Assembly (NCBI GenBank): GCA_031429075.1
Contig: JANOYW010000005.1
Location: 6,900 to 70,899 of the forward strand
Direction: 5' to 3'
DNA from: Bdellovibrionales bacterium
GTDB taxonomy: Bacteria; Bdellovibrionota; Bdellovibrionia; Bdellovibrionales; JAGQZY01
DNA length: 64,000 nucleotides
Made by a program: the position numbers and the translations under genes. Positions 24,118 through 32,398 of this stretch are shown here, in pieces. The notes below the pieces were generated by a model. That model was not told where the DNA came from, searched no databases, and saw nothing but the letters and a program-made list of their open reading frames with translations. Positions within the stretch are counted from its first letter, which is position 1, and each line of letters starts with the position of its first letter.

Positions 24118-26253
24118 CTAGTTGACGTTTATGAGCTCCACAGTGGGCTCATTCTGCTCAGGCACTTCATCGTTGTTGGTATCTTGAAAAGTTCTAAATT
24201 CATAGGTCCGTGCTGGCAGATCATGCTCTGGATCAACAAAATTGTTCTGCCAAAAATTTGCCAAGCTACTAAAATCAAGACTGCCACCGAGATAATTATT
24301 TCGTCTTAGTTGAATTAGGTAATGGTTGCTTTTCGATTTTCGAAAGTCATTAGCAACGATACTGTTATAGCAAGTAGCAATTGGCTGTTTTTCAATGTTC
24401 CAAAGCTGTGCTACGCTCAACGCCGGGTAGCCGCTTTCAGTCTGATCCACCACATTTTCTTTAACAAGGATATTGCGACCTCCATGCAAGTGAATGCCGC
24501 CACGCATGTGGCGTACATTGCGGATTTCGTTTTTGTAAATTATGGCATTGCTCGCCGCCCAATCAAGATAAATTCCCCCAGCTAAAATTTTGGGTACTTT
24601 TTCGTAGCGAAGCCCTCTAAGGTAGCCAACTGATGACTGAACTAAATTGTATTCAATGCGTAAACTTTTAGGCTGTTGTTGCTGTTTACAAATTTCATTT
24701 TTTTGTTCGACGTCGTAACTGCCAATTCCGACGCGAGGCGAACCTACCGTCTCCGTCGACGTATCTGCGTTGTATATTCCCCTAAAATCGTTTTGTGAAT
24801 AGCCGTTAATGTAAATTCCGGCACAGTCATTGATTAACATGCAGCTTCTTTCAATGGTATTTGAGGCGATGAATGTGAAGGTCTTACTTGCGCGTAAATA
24901 CAAGCCTCCGGACCCAGAGTTTTTGATGATATTGTTTTTAATTCGAAACCATCCATCGGCGCTGGCATTCAAACCCGACATCAGATCCGGAATCCCAGCA
25001 GCTTGTTGATCTAGTTTCCCAGAATTTGTAATGCTATTTTTTTCGAAATGAAAAGCCAGCGCAACATTTACTATACTTGCACCTGTACGATTGCTGTTGG
25101 TAATCGTCGAATTAAAGACCCCAACCCGTGAGGCTCCGTAGATATTAATTCCAAAGCCATTGCTGTTTTCTACATTCATATTATCAAGAAGGATATTGCC
25201 ACCATTGTTAATTTTTATGCCAGCTTCTCCAGTGTAACGAACCTTTACATTTCGGATGTAAAGGTTCCGCGCAGTTTTTCCATAAAAATTGGCAATAATC
25301 CCGTACTTTTCGACAGTCAGTCCCACGTTTCTGAATCCCAGGCCAGGGGCCGGTAAACCAACTTCATTAAAGTAATAAATTTTCTTTTGTAATGTATCAA
25401 AAGACCATTCGCTCGGGCAATCCAACATAGACAACGAATTCACGATCCGATAGCCATTACGTAATGTTGGACTGGTGATTTTCGCGCTCGCCGATATTTT
25501 TAGTTTTAATTGTTTGGAAGAACTTTGAATACTGTCGATATCAAATTTTTTCCAAATCCAGGTGGCATCACGTAGGAAAACCGCCGCCCCGCTTGATAAC
25601 GGCATCGAAAATATTTTGTCATCGCTCGGAATAGTCACCAAATCATAGAGGCCCGCAGCGCCAGACATACCATAGCCTTCAATCATCGGATCTAGTGTCT
25701 GTGAGCTGCAAATATCTAATACATTGGCGACGGGCTTAATTTTATCATTGATATTCATATGATAAATATTTTGATCGCTCACCGATGCAGAGTAGATTGT
25801 CTTACCAACAGAACTCAGTTCCGACTCTAATTTCCAAGCATTACTTGGCAACAGCTTTGTGCCTACAATTGTTGGTGCCTCGGCTGCGGGATTCATATTA
25901 TTTTCGTAAGAATCAACGGAGATACTCTCAAATTGGGCATTGCTGAGATCTAGGACTCCAGGGCATATCGTTCCCTTTTTGAGAAGCACTCGAGTTACTT
26001 GTTCGGTAGCGATCATTTCTGAAGCTTCTTTTAAAGTTCCAACAGCTTTCTCTGGAGAAGAACCATATGTAGTCCCATAACCAAGATCGGCATTTTCTCC
26101 CAATTCGCAATCAACATAAATTGTTTTGCGAAACTGGACAGGAAAACTCAGCAAAGGATTGTCGATAGGTCGTGAAAAATCTGCACCAGTATCAGCTGTA
26201 ATAATGAAATTTTGAAATGAAATAAATAAAACAGAAGAGAGAATCGAAAACAC
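24118..26253 (-). CDS. Right-handed parallel beta-helix repeat protein (pectate-lyase-fold, secreted)
   Basis: Repeated N.[IV].N/S.G.GI turns (NVENSNGFGINIYGA, NSTITNSNRTGASI, NNIIKNSGSGGLYL). Hydrophobic N-terminus. Confidence 0.7.
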   Translation of the reverse strand: MFSILSSVLFISFQNFIITADTGADFSRPIDNPLLSFPVQFRKTIYVDCELGENADLGYGTTYGSSPEKAVGTLKEASEMIATEQVTRVLLKKGTICPGVLDLSNAQFESISVDSYENNMNPAAEAPTIVGTKLLPSNAWKLESELSSVGKTIYSASVSDQNIYHMNINDKIKPVANVLDICSSQTLDPMIEGYGMSGAAGLYDLVTIPSDDKIFSMPLSSGAAVFLRDATWIWKKFDIDSIQSSSKQLKLKISASAKITSPTLRNGYRIVNSLSMLDCPSEWSFDTLQKKIYYFNEVGLPAPGLGFRNVGLTVEKYGIIANFYGKTARNLYIRNVKVRYTGEAGIKINNGGNILLDNMNVENSNGFGINIYGASRVGVFNSTITNSNRTGASIVNVALAFHFEKNSITNSGKLDQQAAGIPDLMSGLNASADGWFRIKNNIIKNSGSGGLYLRASKTFTFIASNTIERSCMLINDCAGIYINGYSQNDFRGIYNADTSTETVGSPRVGIGSYDVEQKNEICKQQQQPKSLRIEYNLVQSSVGYLRGLRYEKVPKILAGGIYLDWAASNAIIYKNEIRNVRHMRGGIHLHGGRNILVKENVVDQTESGYPALSVAQLWNIEKQPIATCYNSIVANDFRKSKSNHYLIQLRRNNYLGGSLDFSSLANFWQNNFVDPEHDLPARTYEFRTFQDTNNDEVPEQNEPTVELINVN

Positions 26254-26344
26254 GATAAGAATCTTTATGTTACGAATAATGCCCCCAGCGCTCCGAATGA
26301 CTCGTAAATAATATTATTGATGATTATTAATACACAGGCCAGAA

Positions 26345-26376
26345 AATATGAGATTCTAGTTCAAGAATCTCATATT
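26345..26376. promoter_or_regulatory. Perfect 13-bp inverted repeat between the cupredoxin gene and the beta-helix gene
   Basis: AATATGAGATTCT agttca AGAATCTCATATT. AT-rich with no flanking T-tract, so more operator-like than terminator-like. Confidence 0.35.
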
Positions 26377-26482
26377 GAATCGTTAGAGATTAGGAAATTG
26401 AGGTAAGGAATTTTTAACGCGTTTTTTTCAGCTCAACCCTCTCTCCTTTTCAATTAGTTAGGGAGCTTTCATTCACAGATAT

Positions 26483-26839
26483 TTATTCTACAACTTGAAT
26501 TTCGCCGGTCATGCCTTCACCCGAAAATGAACCATGGTTAGAGCAAAAGTACGGGTAAGTGCCAGCACTGTCGAAAAGAATTTCCACGGTAGTTTCAGTT
26601 GCAGGAATTATTCCTTTTGAGCCATTTCCGGGAGCGAGAGGGTGATACTTTGATGCAGATATTGTGACTTTGCTTCCAACTAACACTCGCAAACAACGGG
26701 GTGTGTAGGTACTGCCTTGAGTCGCGATGCTGGATTGAATATCTCCATTAACGAAACCCGCTTCCGTGCAAATTCCGCCTGCGAATGCATTTATTGAAAT
26801 TAAAAAAACAACTGCCGTAATACTTAGTAAACTTCTCAT
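26483..26839 (-). CDS. Cupredoxin (plastocyanin/azurin-like blue copper protein)
   Basis: C-terminal YPYFCSNHGSFSGEGMTGEIQV supplies the Cys-His-Met ligands, with an upstream His in YHPLAPG. Signal peptide. AAGGAG lies upstream of the ATG at 26839. Confidence 0.7.
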   Translation of the reverse strand: MRSLLSITAVVFLISINAFAGGICTEAGFVNGDIQSSIATQGSTYTPRCLRVLVGSKVTISASKYHPLAPGNGSKGIIPATETTVEILFDSAGTYPYFCSNHGSFSGEGMTGEIQVVE

Positions 26840-26979
26840 AGAGACTCCTTGGTAAAGCGTTTTACCCATTTGTATGGGCTGACTTCTTTTTTACGGAATT
26901 CCTTCGAGAAAGACCATATACACTATCTCACCAGTTTGATTTGATTTGATTCGATTTTTTTGAGTTTCTACTCGTCGGC

Positions 26980-27630
26980 CTACTCGTCGTCATACTGATC
27001 ATCAATGCTAGGTCGGCGAAACTGTTGCAGCTCTTCGTCGATCCGCGATATCAGCGCATTGAGCATGTCTTCTTCTTGTTCACGACTGGGGCGTCGTGAC
27101 GGCTGGCTTTCGTGCAAATAAGTCAACGTGGACCGTATGTCCAAACGAACAATCACCCAGCGACCATTGATTTGCTTGGCTGTCATTTCATAGCCTTGAA
27201 TGTAAGGCAGTTTTAAATAATAGAGCTGATTGTGAGGGTCGTTGAGCGCCACCGAAATGGCATCGACGTGGTGGATGCTCCAGCTTTTACGACCTTTTCC
27301 TGTTGGAAAAAAATAAACCTGTGCGGCTTCACCGAGGAGCTTTGTCACCACCGCTTTAACCCCGAAGGCTGTGGGATTTCTCCAGTCATAGTTGTGTACA
27401 AACAATTGATCCGCGTTTCCACGCGTGAGATAGGGGTAAAGTGGGACCTCTTTATCTTTGGTTGTCGAGCGCACTGTTTGAGCTGATGGAAGATCTTTGT
27501 TTAAAAACAGCTCATTGCATGTGAATGCACCGGCGCTGGCATTCGCATACAAAAGTGTTAAAAAAATGAACACTCCTAAATATTTTATAGGACGAGAATG
27601 ACGTGTCTGTGTTTGATTTGTTTTAGGCAT
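26980..27630 (-). CDS. Hypothetical secreted protein
   Basis: Signal peptide (ANASA). No family recognised. The start at 27630 or 27660 is uncertain. Confidence 0.45.
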   Translation of the reverse strand: MPKTNQTQTRHSRPIKYLGVFIFLTLLYANASAGAFTCNELFLNKDLPSAQTVRSTTKDKEVPLYPYLTRGNADQLFVHNYDWRNPTAFGVKAVVTKLLGEAAQVYFFPTGKGRKSWSIHHVDAISVALNDPHNQLYYLKLPYIQGYEMTAKQINGRWVIVRLDIRSTLTYLHESQPSRRPSREQEEDMLNALISRIDEELQQFRRPSIDDQYDDE

Positions 27631-27668
27631 TATAAGTATATTCTTTTGCAAGAAAGACACCGTGGCTT

Positions 27669-27950
27669 TTACTTATTGCGGACACCATGTTTTGCAAGAA
27701 TTTCGATGTAGACGGAAGGCACGTTTCTGAATGCGACTTCGTCGATGGATTTGCTCAGTTCTTTAACGTGCACTCTTTGCGCCGTGGCCGCGTCGACTCC
27801 GACTTTGCAATCAAAATCCCAGTAATCCACACCTTGAGGGAGGCTTTTGCGGCGCTCTCGGGCTAAATATTTATTCACTTCGGCTTTGACGGCCTCTGCG
27901 ACACGATCTGGTTTTTTATTTGGTTCCTGTAAAGCAAAGTTCTTCTTCAT
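27669..27950 (-). CDS. Conserved hypothetical small basic protein
   Basis: MKKNFALQEPNKKPDRVAEAVKAEVNKYLARERRK ... Coding-like and contiguous with the SUI1 gene. Family recall (DUF6172-like) is uncertain. Confidence 0.45.
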   Translation of the reverse strand: MKKNFALQEPNKKPDRVAEAVKAEVNKYLARERRKSLPQGVDYWDFDCKVGVDAATAQRVHVKELSKSIDEVAFRNVPSVYIEILAKHGVRNK

Positions 27951-27986
27951 GGTGGTATGATCTATCTGGTTTGAAACAAAATACAA

Positions 27987-28370
27987 TCAGGAACCTTTGG
28001 TCTTAATCCCTTTTTTATTCAGCAGCGTGCGCACCATTTCCATTTTGTCGCCTTGGATTTCGATGGAGGCGGCTTTGCCTTCCATGGAGTAGGTGCCGCC
28101 GGAGCCGCATTTTTTTTTGAGCTCCGAGGTGAGATCTTTGAGGAAGGTTTCGTTTTTGGGCAAGTCATTGATCGCTGTGACGGTTTTGCCTCCCCGGCCC
28201 GCTTTTTCGATGCGCAGGTAGGCGACGAAGTTATAGCTTTTGGATTGGGGAGATTTTACGTCTTGTGGTTTTTCACATTTGCACTCTGCGACGAGCTCTT
28301 TGCACTTTGCGCATTTTTTGTTCTGCGCGGGATCGGTGGAATAGACAAGGCGCGTATTTTTATCGCTCAT
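27987..28370 (-). CDS. yciH: SUI1/eIF1-family translation initiation factor homologue
   Basis: EKAGRGGKTVTAINDL ... LKKKCGSGGT ... IEIQGD is the SUI1 domain pattern. Confidence 0.8.
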   Translation of the reverse strand: MSDKNTRLVYSTDPAQNKKCAKCKELVAECKCEKPQDVKSPQSKSYNFVAYLRIEKAGRGGKTVTAINDLPKNETFLKDLTSELKKKCGSGGTYSMEGKAASIEIQGDKMEMVRTLLNKKGIKTKGS

Positions 28371-28409
28371 TGCCTAGACCTTATCACAACTGCGCACTAA
28401 AATCTCCCC

Positions 28410-28631
28410 ATGTTTGATAACGAAAGCCTCCTAAAACTTGCGAATTGGAAAATGCCCTTTGGCAAATACAAAGGCTGGGCGCTGATTGATTTGCCGGAAC
28501 CCTATGTGGTGTGGTTTTACAAAGAGGGTTTCCCTGAAGGGGAACTGGGGCAGCTACTGGGGCTGCTGTACGAAGTTAAATTGAATGGCCTGGAGCATTT
28601 GATTAAGCCGTTGAAAGATAAAAACTTTTAA
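28410..28631 (+). CDS. DUF3820-family small protein
   Basis: MPFGKYKGWALIDLPEPYVVWF matches the family signature (recall). Confidence 0.6.
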   Translation: MFDNESLLKLANWKMPFGKYKGWALIDLPEPYVVWFYKEGFPEGELGQLLGLLYEVKLNGLEHLIKPLKDKNF

Positions 28632-28945
28632 AACGTCCAGTGCAAAAAGGTTCCGGTGACAGCACCCAAAAAGTTGTAGGCCATGTCGTTTTTATCGAAG
28701 CGGTTGTTGGGTTGTTGCGAGTCGCTGATCTCTTTGGCCACGCCGGCCGTGAGGGCTACACCCAAGGAGCCCAAGGTGGATTTGGTTTTTGAAAACCCGT
28801 AGGCGTCCATGGTTTGGTAAGTCATGGCGGAGAGACCCATGCTCACTCCAAAGTGCAGCTGTTTATCGGTTTCCACATCCTCGGGGGCTGCGTGCGCTAA
28901 ACTGCAAGCACAAATAATCAGTGTGGTAGTAAAAAGATGTTTCAT
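28628..28945 (-). CDS. Hypothetical small secreted/membrane protein
   Basis: Signal peptide (CSLAHA) and two hydrophobic segments. Convergent 4-nt overlap with the previous gene. Confidence 0.45.
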   Translation of the reverse strand: MKHLFTTTLIICACSLAHAAPEDVETDKQLHFGVSMGLSAMTYQTMDAYGFSKTKSTLGSLGVALTAGVAKEISDSQQPNNRFDKNDMAYNFLGAVTGTFLHWTF

Positions 28946-29238
28946 GATAAGCCCCCTGGTTTACAAGGTTATAGAATGCAACTGGAGAGCCAGACTCAGA
29001 CTAGTTACAGCCTAGCTATAACCGCCGTGGCGTAAAAAGTTGTCGAAAACTATGGTCGCTGCCGATTCTGAAAACACCTTTTGGTGGTGATCCGGCGGTC
29101 AGCCGGCGGTCAGCCTAAGACAAGAAAGGGGTCCTTTAAAAGGACCCCTCCTTTACTGACTCATTTTGAGACATATTAAGAAAAATACATTTGCCTCTGC
29201 TTCTGGGGGCCGGGATACTAATTGTCTGGAGGATTTTT

Positions 29239-29619
29239 ATGAAATTTAAAACTATCAAGAAGATTGTTGCTATTACGTTGTCGGTGATGCTGTCGAATGT
29301 TCCACAGATCTTTGCCGCTGAGCAGGCTCAGGCCGAGCAAATGATTTCTACTCTAAAATGGGTCAACGAGCAAAATCGCCAACAAACCATGGAAAAAATC
29401 CAAACATTTTTGAGTCGCAGTGATGTGGACGCCCAGCTCGTACAGACTGGCTACTCTGCCGCGGAGGCCAAAGACCGCATGGCAAGTTTGAGCGATGCAG
29501 AACTTCAGCATTTGTCTGCTGAAATGGACAAAGCCACTTACGGTGGTGATGGCGTTGGTGGCATTTTAATCGTTGTGGTGCTTGTGTTGTTGATCATTTA
29601 TCTTGCGAAGCGTATATAA
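29239..29619 (+). CDS. PA2779-family protein (signal peptide, C-terminal TM anchor)
   Basis: SRSDVDAQLVQTGYSAAEAKDRMASLSDAELQHL plus a C-terminal hydrophobic anchor. GGAGGA lies upstream of the ATG at 29239. Paired with a PA2778-like peptidase (recall). Confidence 0.6.
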   Translation: MKFKTIKKIVAITLSVMLSNVPQIFAAEQAQAEQMISTLKWVNEQNRQQTMEKIQTFLSRSDVDAQLVQTGYSAAEAKDRMASLSDAELQHLSAEMDKATYGGDGVGGILIVVVLVLLIIYLAKRI

Positions 29620-29628
29620 TTTAGCTTG

Positions 29629-30468
29629 ATGCATCCGCGTTTCGTTTTTTGGTTATTTATCGCTTTGCTTGCACAGGCCCTTATTGCCTGTGCAACGGCT
29701 CCTCTGCAGTCAAAAAGTATCGTCGAACGCCCTCCCAATGTTGCAAGTTCCCACGTTATCAAAACTGTTCCGTTTATCGAGCAACAAACGGCTCAATGTG
29801 GACCGACGACCCTGGCCATGGTGCTGGACTATTACGGACAAAAAAGCGATATGGAAATTCTCACTTCGCAAATTTTAACTGAAAGTAAAAATGGCTCTCT
29901 GCAATCAAACATGATTGGCGGTGCTCGTCGACAGGGAATGATGGCCATGACTTTGAGTGGCTTTAGCGATCTGCTCAAAGAAGTGGATGCTGGTCACCCC
30001 GTGATTGTTTTTGAAAACTTGGCTCTCTCGTGGTGGCCCCAGTGGCACTATGCAGTGGTGTATGGCTATGATCTCGATCGTCAGCTTGTGTATTTACACT
30101 CTGGAAAAGATCAAAGCATAAGCTTGTCCTTTGCGCGCTTCGAAGCGGACTGGCGCCTGGGCAACTATTGGGGGCTCGTGGTGCTTCCCCCGCAGACGCT
30201 TTCGGCGTCGGCGGACGAACTCAGTCATATGAATTCGGCGGCAGTGTTGGAATCTTTAGCGAAGCCTGAGGCCGAAAAAGCCTACTCTGCCATTCTCTCG
30301 CGCTGGCCGCAGAGTTTAGGAGCGCATTTGGGTTTGGCAAATATTTATTTTTCTCAAGCGGATTACAAAAAATCAGTGCAAATTTTAAAACGCGCGCGGG
30401 CTTTTCATCCCGACTCGCAAACCTTAAACCACAATTACTCGGTGGCTGTGAAAAAGTTAAATGAATAG
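29629..30468 (+). CDS. PA2778-family C39-like cysteine peptidase with TPR tail
   Basis: QCGPTTLAMVLDYYG is a C39-type catalytic-Cys context. Also HYAVVYGYD. C-terminal TPR-like repeats. Confidence 0.65.
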   Translation: MHPRFVFWLFIALLAQALIACATAPLQSKSIVERPPNVASSHVIKTVPFIEQQTAQCGPTTLAMVLDYYGQKSDMEILTSQILTESKNGSLQSNMIGGARRQGMMAMTLSGFSDLLKEVDAGHPVIVFENLALSWWPQWHYAVVYGYDLDRQLVYLHSGKDQSISLSFARFEADWRLGNYWGLVVLPPQTLSASADELSHMNSAAVLESLAKPEAEKAYSAILSRWPQSLGAHLGLANIYFSQADYKKSVQILKRARAFHPDSQTLNHNYSVAVKKLNE

Positions 30469-31708
30469 GTTTTTACAAAGTTTATTTATTGTGATTTCGG
30501 GCGAAGCCATTTTTATGCTGCCGTTTTTAATTCCCCGCCTTTACCGACCGCTGATATTAGAAGCTTGGGGCCTCACCAACACCGACATCGGTGTGGGCTT
30601 TGCCGCCTATGGTGTGACGTCGACACTTTCGTACTTGGTGGGCGGTTCGTTTGCCGACAACTACAACCCTAAGATTTTGATTTCGTCGTCTCTCGGCGCG
30701 ACAGCGCTGGCGGTGGTTTACTTGGTTTTGTATCCCTCTCCCACAAGCTTTGTTGCAACCTATGCGTTCTTTGGCATGAGTACGGTGCTGTTGATGTGGG
30801 GCGCTTTAATTAAAACCACCCATGTGATCGGTGGCGAAGCCAATCGCTCGGCCGCGCTGGGAATATTAGACAGCGGCCGTGGCCTGGTGGCAGCCATTGC
30901 AAGCTCGGGGCTTTTGATTTTAGTTTCGCTCAACTTTCCCGAGCTCGCCTCCCGCGATGACCAGTTGGCGGCCCTTCGTTGGATTTATTTTTCGGTGGCG
31001 GGTTTTGTTTTGCTTTTAGCCGTGGCCACTTGGGTGAGCCTTAGCAACCTCAACATGCTACAAAAAAACGAACGCACTTGGAGTTTTAAAAACGCTTTGG
31101 AGAGTATTAAAGACTCCCGAGTGTGGTTGTTGAGTGTTGTGATTTTGAGCTCCTATTGCGGCTACAAAGGGATTGATAATTATTCCATTTATTTAACGAA
31201 CGTTCACAAAATCAGTGTGGAGCGCACTTCGCAACTGATGTCGATTTTAATTTGGCTTCGACCGTTTTCGGTGCTGGGCATTGGCTTTTTATCAGACGTG
31301 TTTTATCGCCGGACGCGCCCGGGACGCTTTCATATGCTCACGCTGTTGCTGTTAGCGGCCGGTGTTTCGCAAACCTTGCTGGCGTTTTTTGGTTTTTTAG
31401 ATTTTATTTTAGCATTCTCTGTGATGGCCACCTCGGTGTGTTTTGTGTATGGACTGCGAGCGGTTTATTTTTCGGTGTTTGGTGATTTAAAAATTCAAAA
31501 TTATTTAATTGGCACCACCGTGGGCATTGTGTCGTTTGTGGGCTTTTTGCCCGACATTTTTTTAGGCTACGTGAGCGGGCGGCTGGTGGACACCTTTCCG
31601 GGAGAGCTGGGCTTTCGTTATACGTTTTTGTTTACGGCAGCGTGCTTATTTGCCGGATCCGTTGCGAGTGTGTGTCTTGCTTTTAAGACTGAAAAATCAT
31701 CGGAATGA
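30461..31708 (+). CDS. MFS-type transporter
   Basis: 415 aa with about 12 hydrophobic helices. 8-nt overlap with the upstream peptidase gene. Confidence 0.55.
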   Translation: MNRFLQSLFIVISGEAIFMLPFLIPRLYRPLILEAWGLTNTDIGVGFAAYGVTSTLSYLVGGSFADNYNPKILISSSLGATALAVVYLVLYPSPTSFVATYAFFGMSTVLLMWGALIKTTHVIGGEANRSAALGILDSGRGLVAAIASSGLLILVSLNFPELASRDDQLAALRWIYFSVAGFVLLLAVATWVSLSNLNMLQKNERTWSFKNALESIKDSRVWLLSVVILSSYCGYKGIDNYSIYLTNVHKISVERTSQLMSILIWLRPFSVLGIGFLSDVFYRRTRPGRFHMLTLLLLAAGVSQTLLAFFGFLDFILAFSVMATSVCFVYGLRAVYFSVFGDLKIQNYLIGTTVGIVSFVGFLPDIFLGYVSGRLVDTFPGELGFRYTFLFTAACLFAGSVASVCLAFKTEKSSE

Positions 31709-32373
31709 ACAATTTTTTTTCCGTTAGTACGAGCGTCTTTAGCCTTTTGGTTTACTCAATCTTAATTTTTTCACGGCCAGCCCACGCCTACGAAGAGATT
31801 TGGGGAACTCTCGCCTTGCGCCATTCTATCAACGATAAACAACAACTGGTGGGAGAGTGGCGCCGGAGAGACTCCGAGAACTTGGTTTTTGCTGGGAACA
31901 GCTCAGACATTTTTCGCCTGTCTTTGAACACTAAATTTAAGGGCTTCAGTTACTTGGCGGGCGTGAGTTACGCGGACTTCGAAATCAATCCTTCGCATGA
32001 AATTCGCCTGCATCAGTTTTTGTTTTTTAAACTGCTCGACGAGGTGCAAGCATCCCTGGTTGCAAGAATCGGCACTGAGCATCGTGATTTTTCATCTGAC
32101 GCTAACATCTATCACCGGGTTCGGGTAAAACTGCAGCTCAATCCCCTTCCCCAATACCGCTTTGGCGCCAGCATTTACAACGAAGCGTTTTTTGCCTTAA
32201 ACGGCGGCGATCGTTTTGCCACAGGTTTTAACGAGAATCGAACGGGCTTTGGAGTGCGATCTACTTTTAAAAATTGCGAAATTTATGCTTTCCACACTTT
32301 AACATACTTAAAGTTTCCTGTGGGCGACGCCCATCAAGAGTGGCTGCAGTTTCAGTTGATCCTTGATTTATAG
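31705..32373 (+). CDS. Putative outer-membrane protein (DUF2490-like recall)
   Basis: Signal peptide (RPAHA), beta-rich sequence, 4-nt overlap with the MFS gene. Confidence 0.4.
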   Translation: MNNFFSVSTSVFSLLVYSILIFSRPAHAYEEIWGTLALRHSINDKQQLVGEWRRRDSENLVFAGNSSDIFRLSLNTKFKGFSYLAGVSYADFEINPSHEIRLHQFLFFKLLDEVQASLVARIGTEHRDFSSDANIYHRVRVKLQLNPLPQYRFGASIYNEAFFALNGGDRFATGFNENRTGFGVRSTFKNCEIYAFHTLTYLKFPVGDAHQEWLQFQLILDL

Positions 32374-32398
32374 AGACGCTAGAGCGCGATCTAAAATC

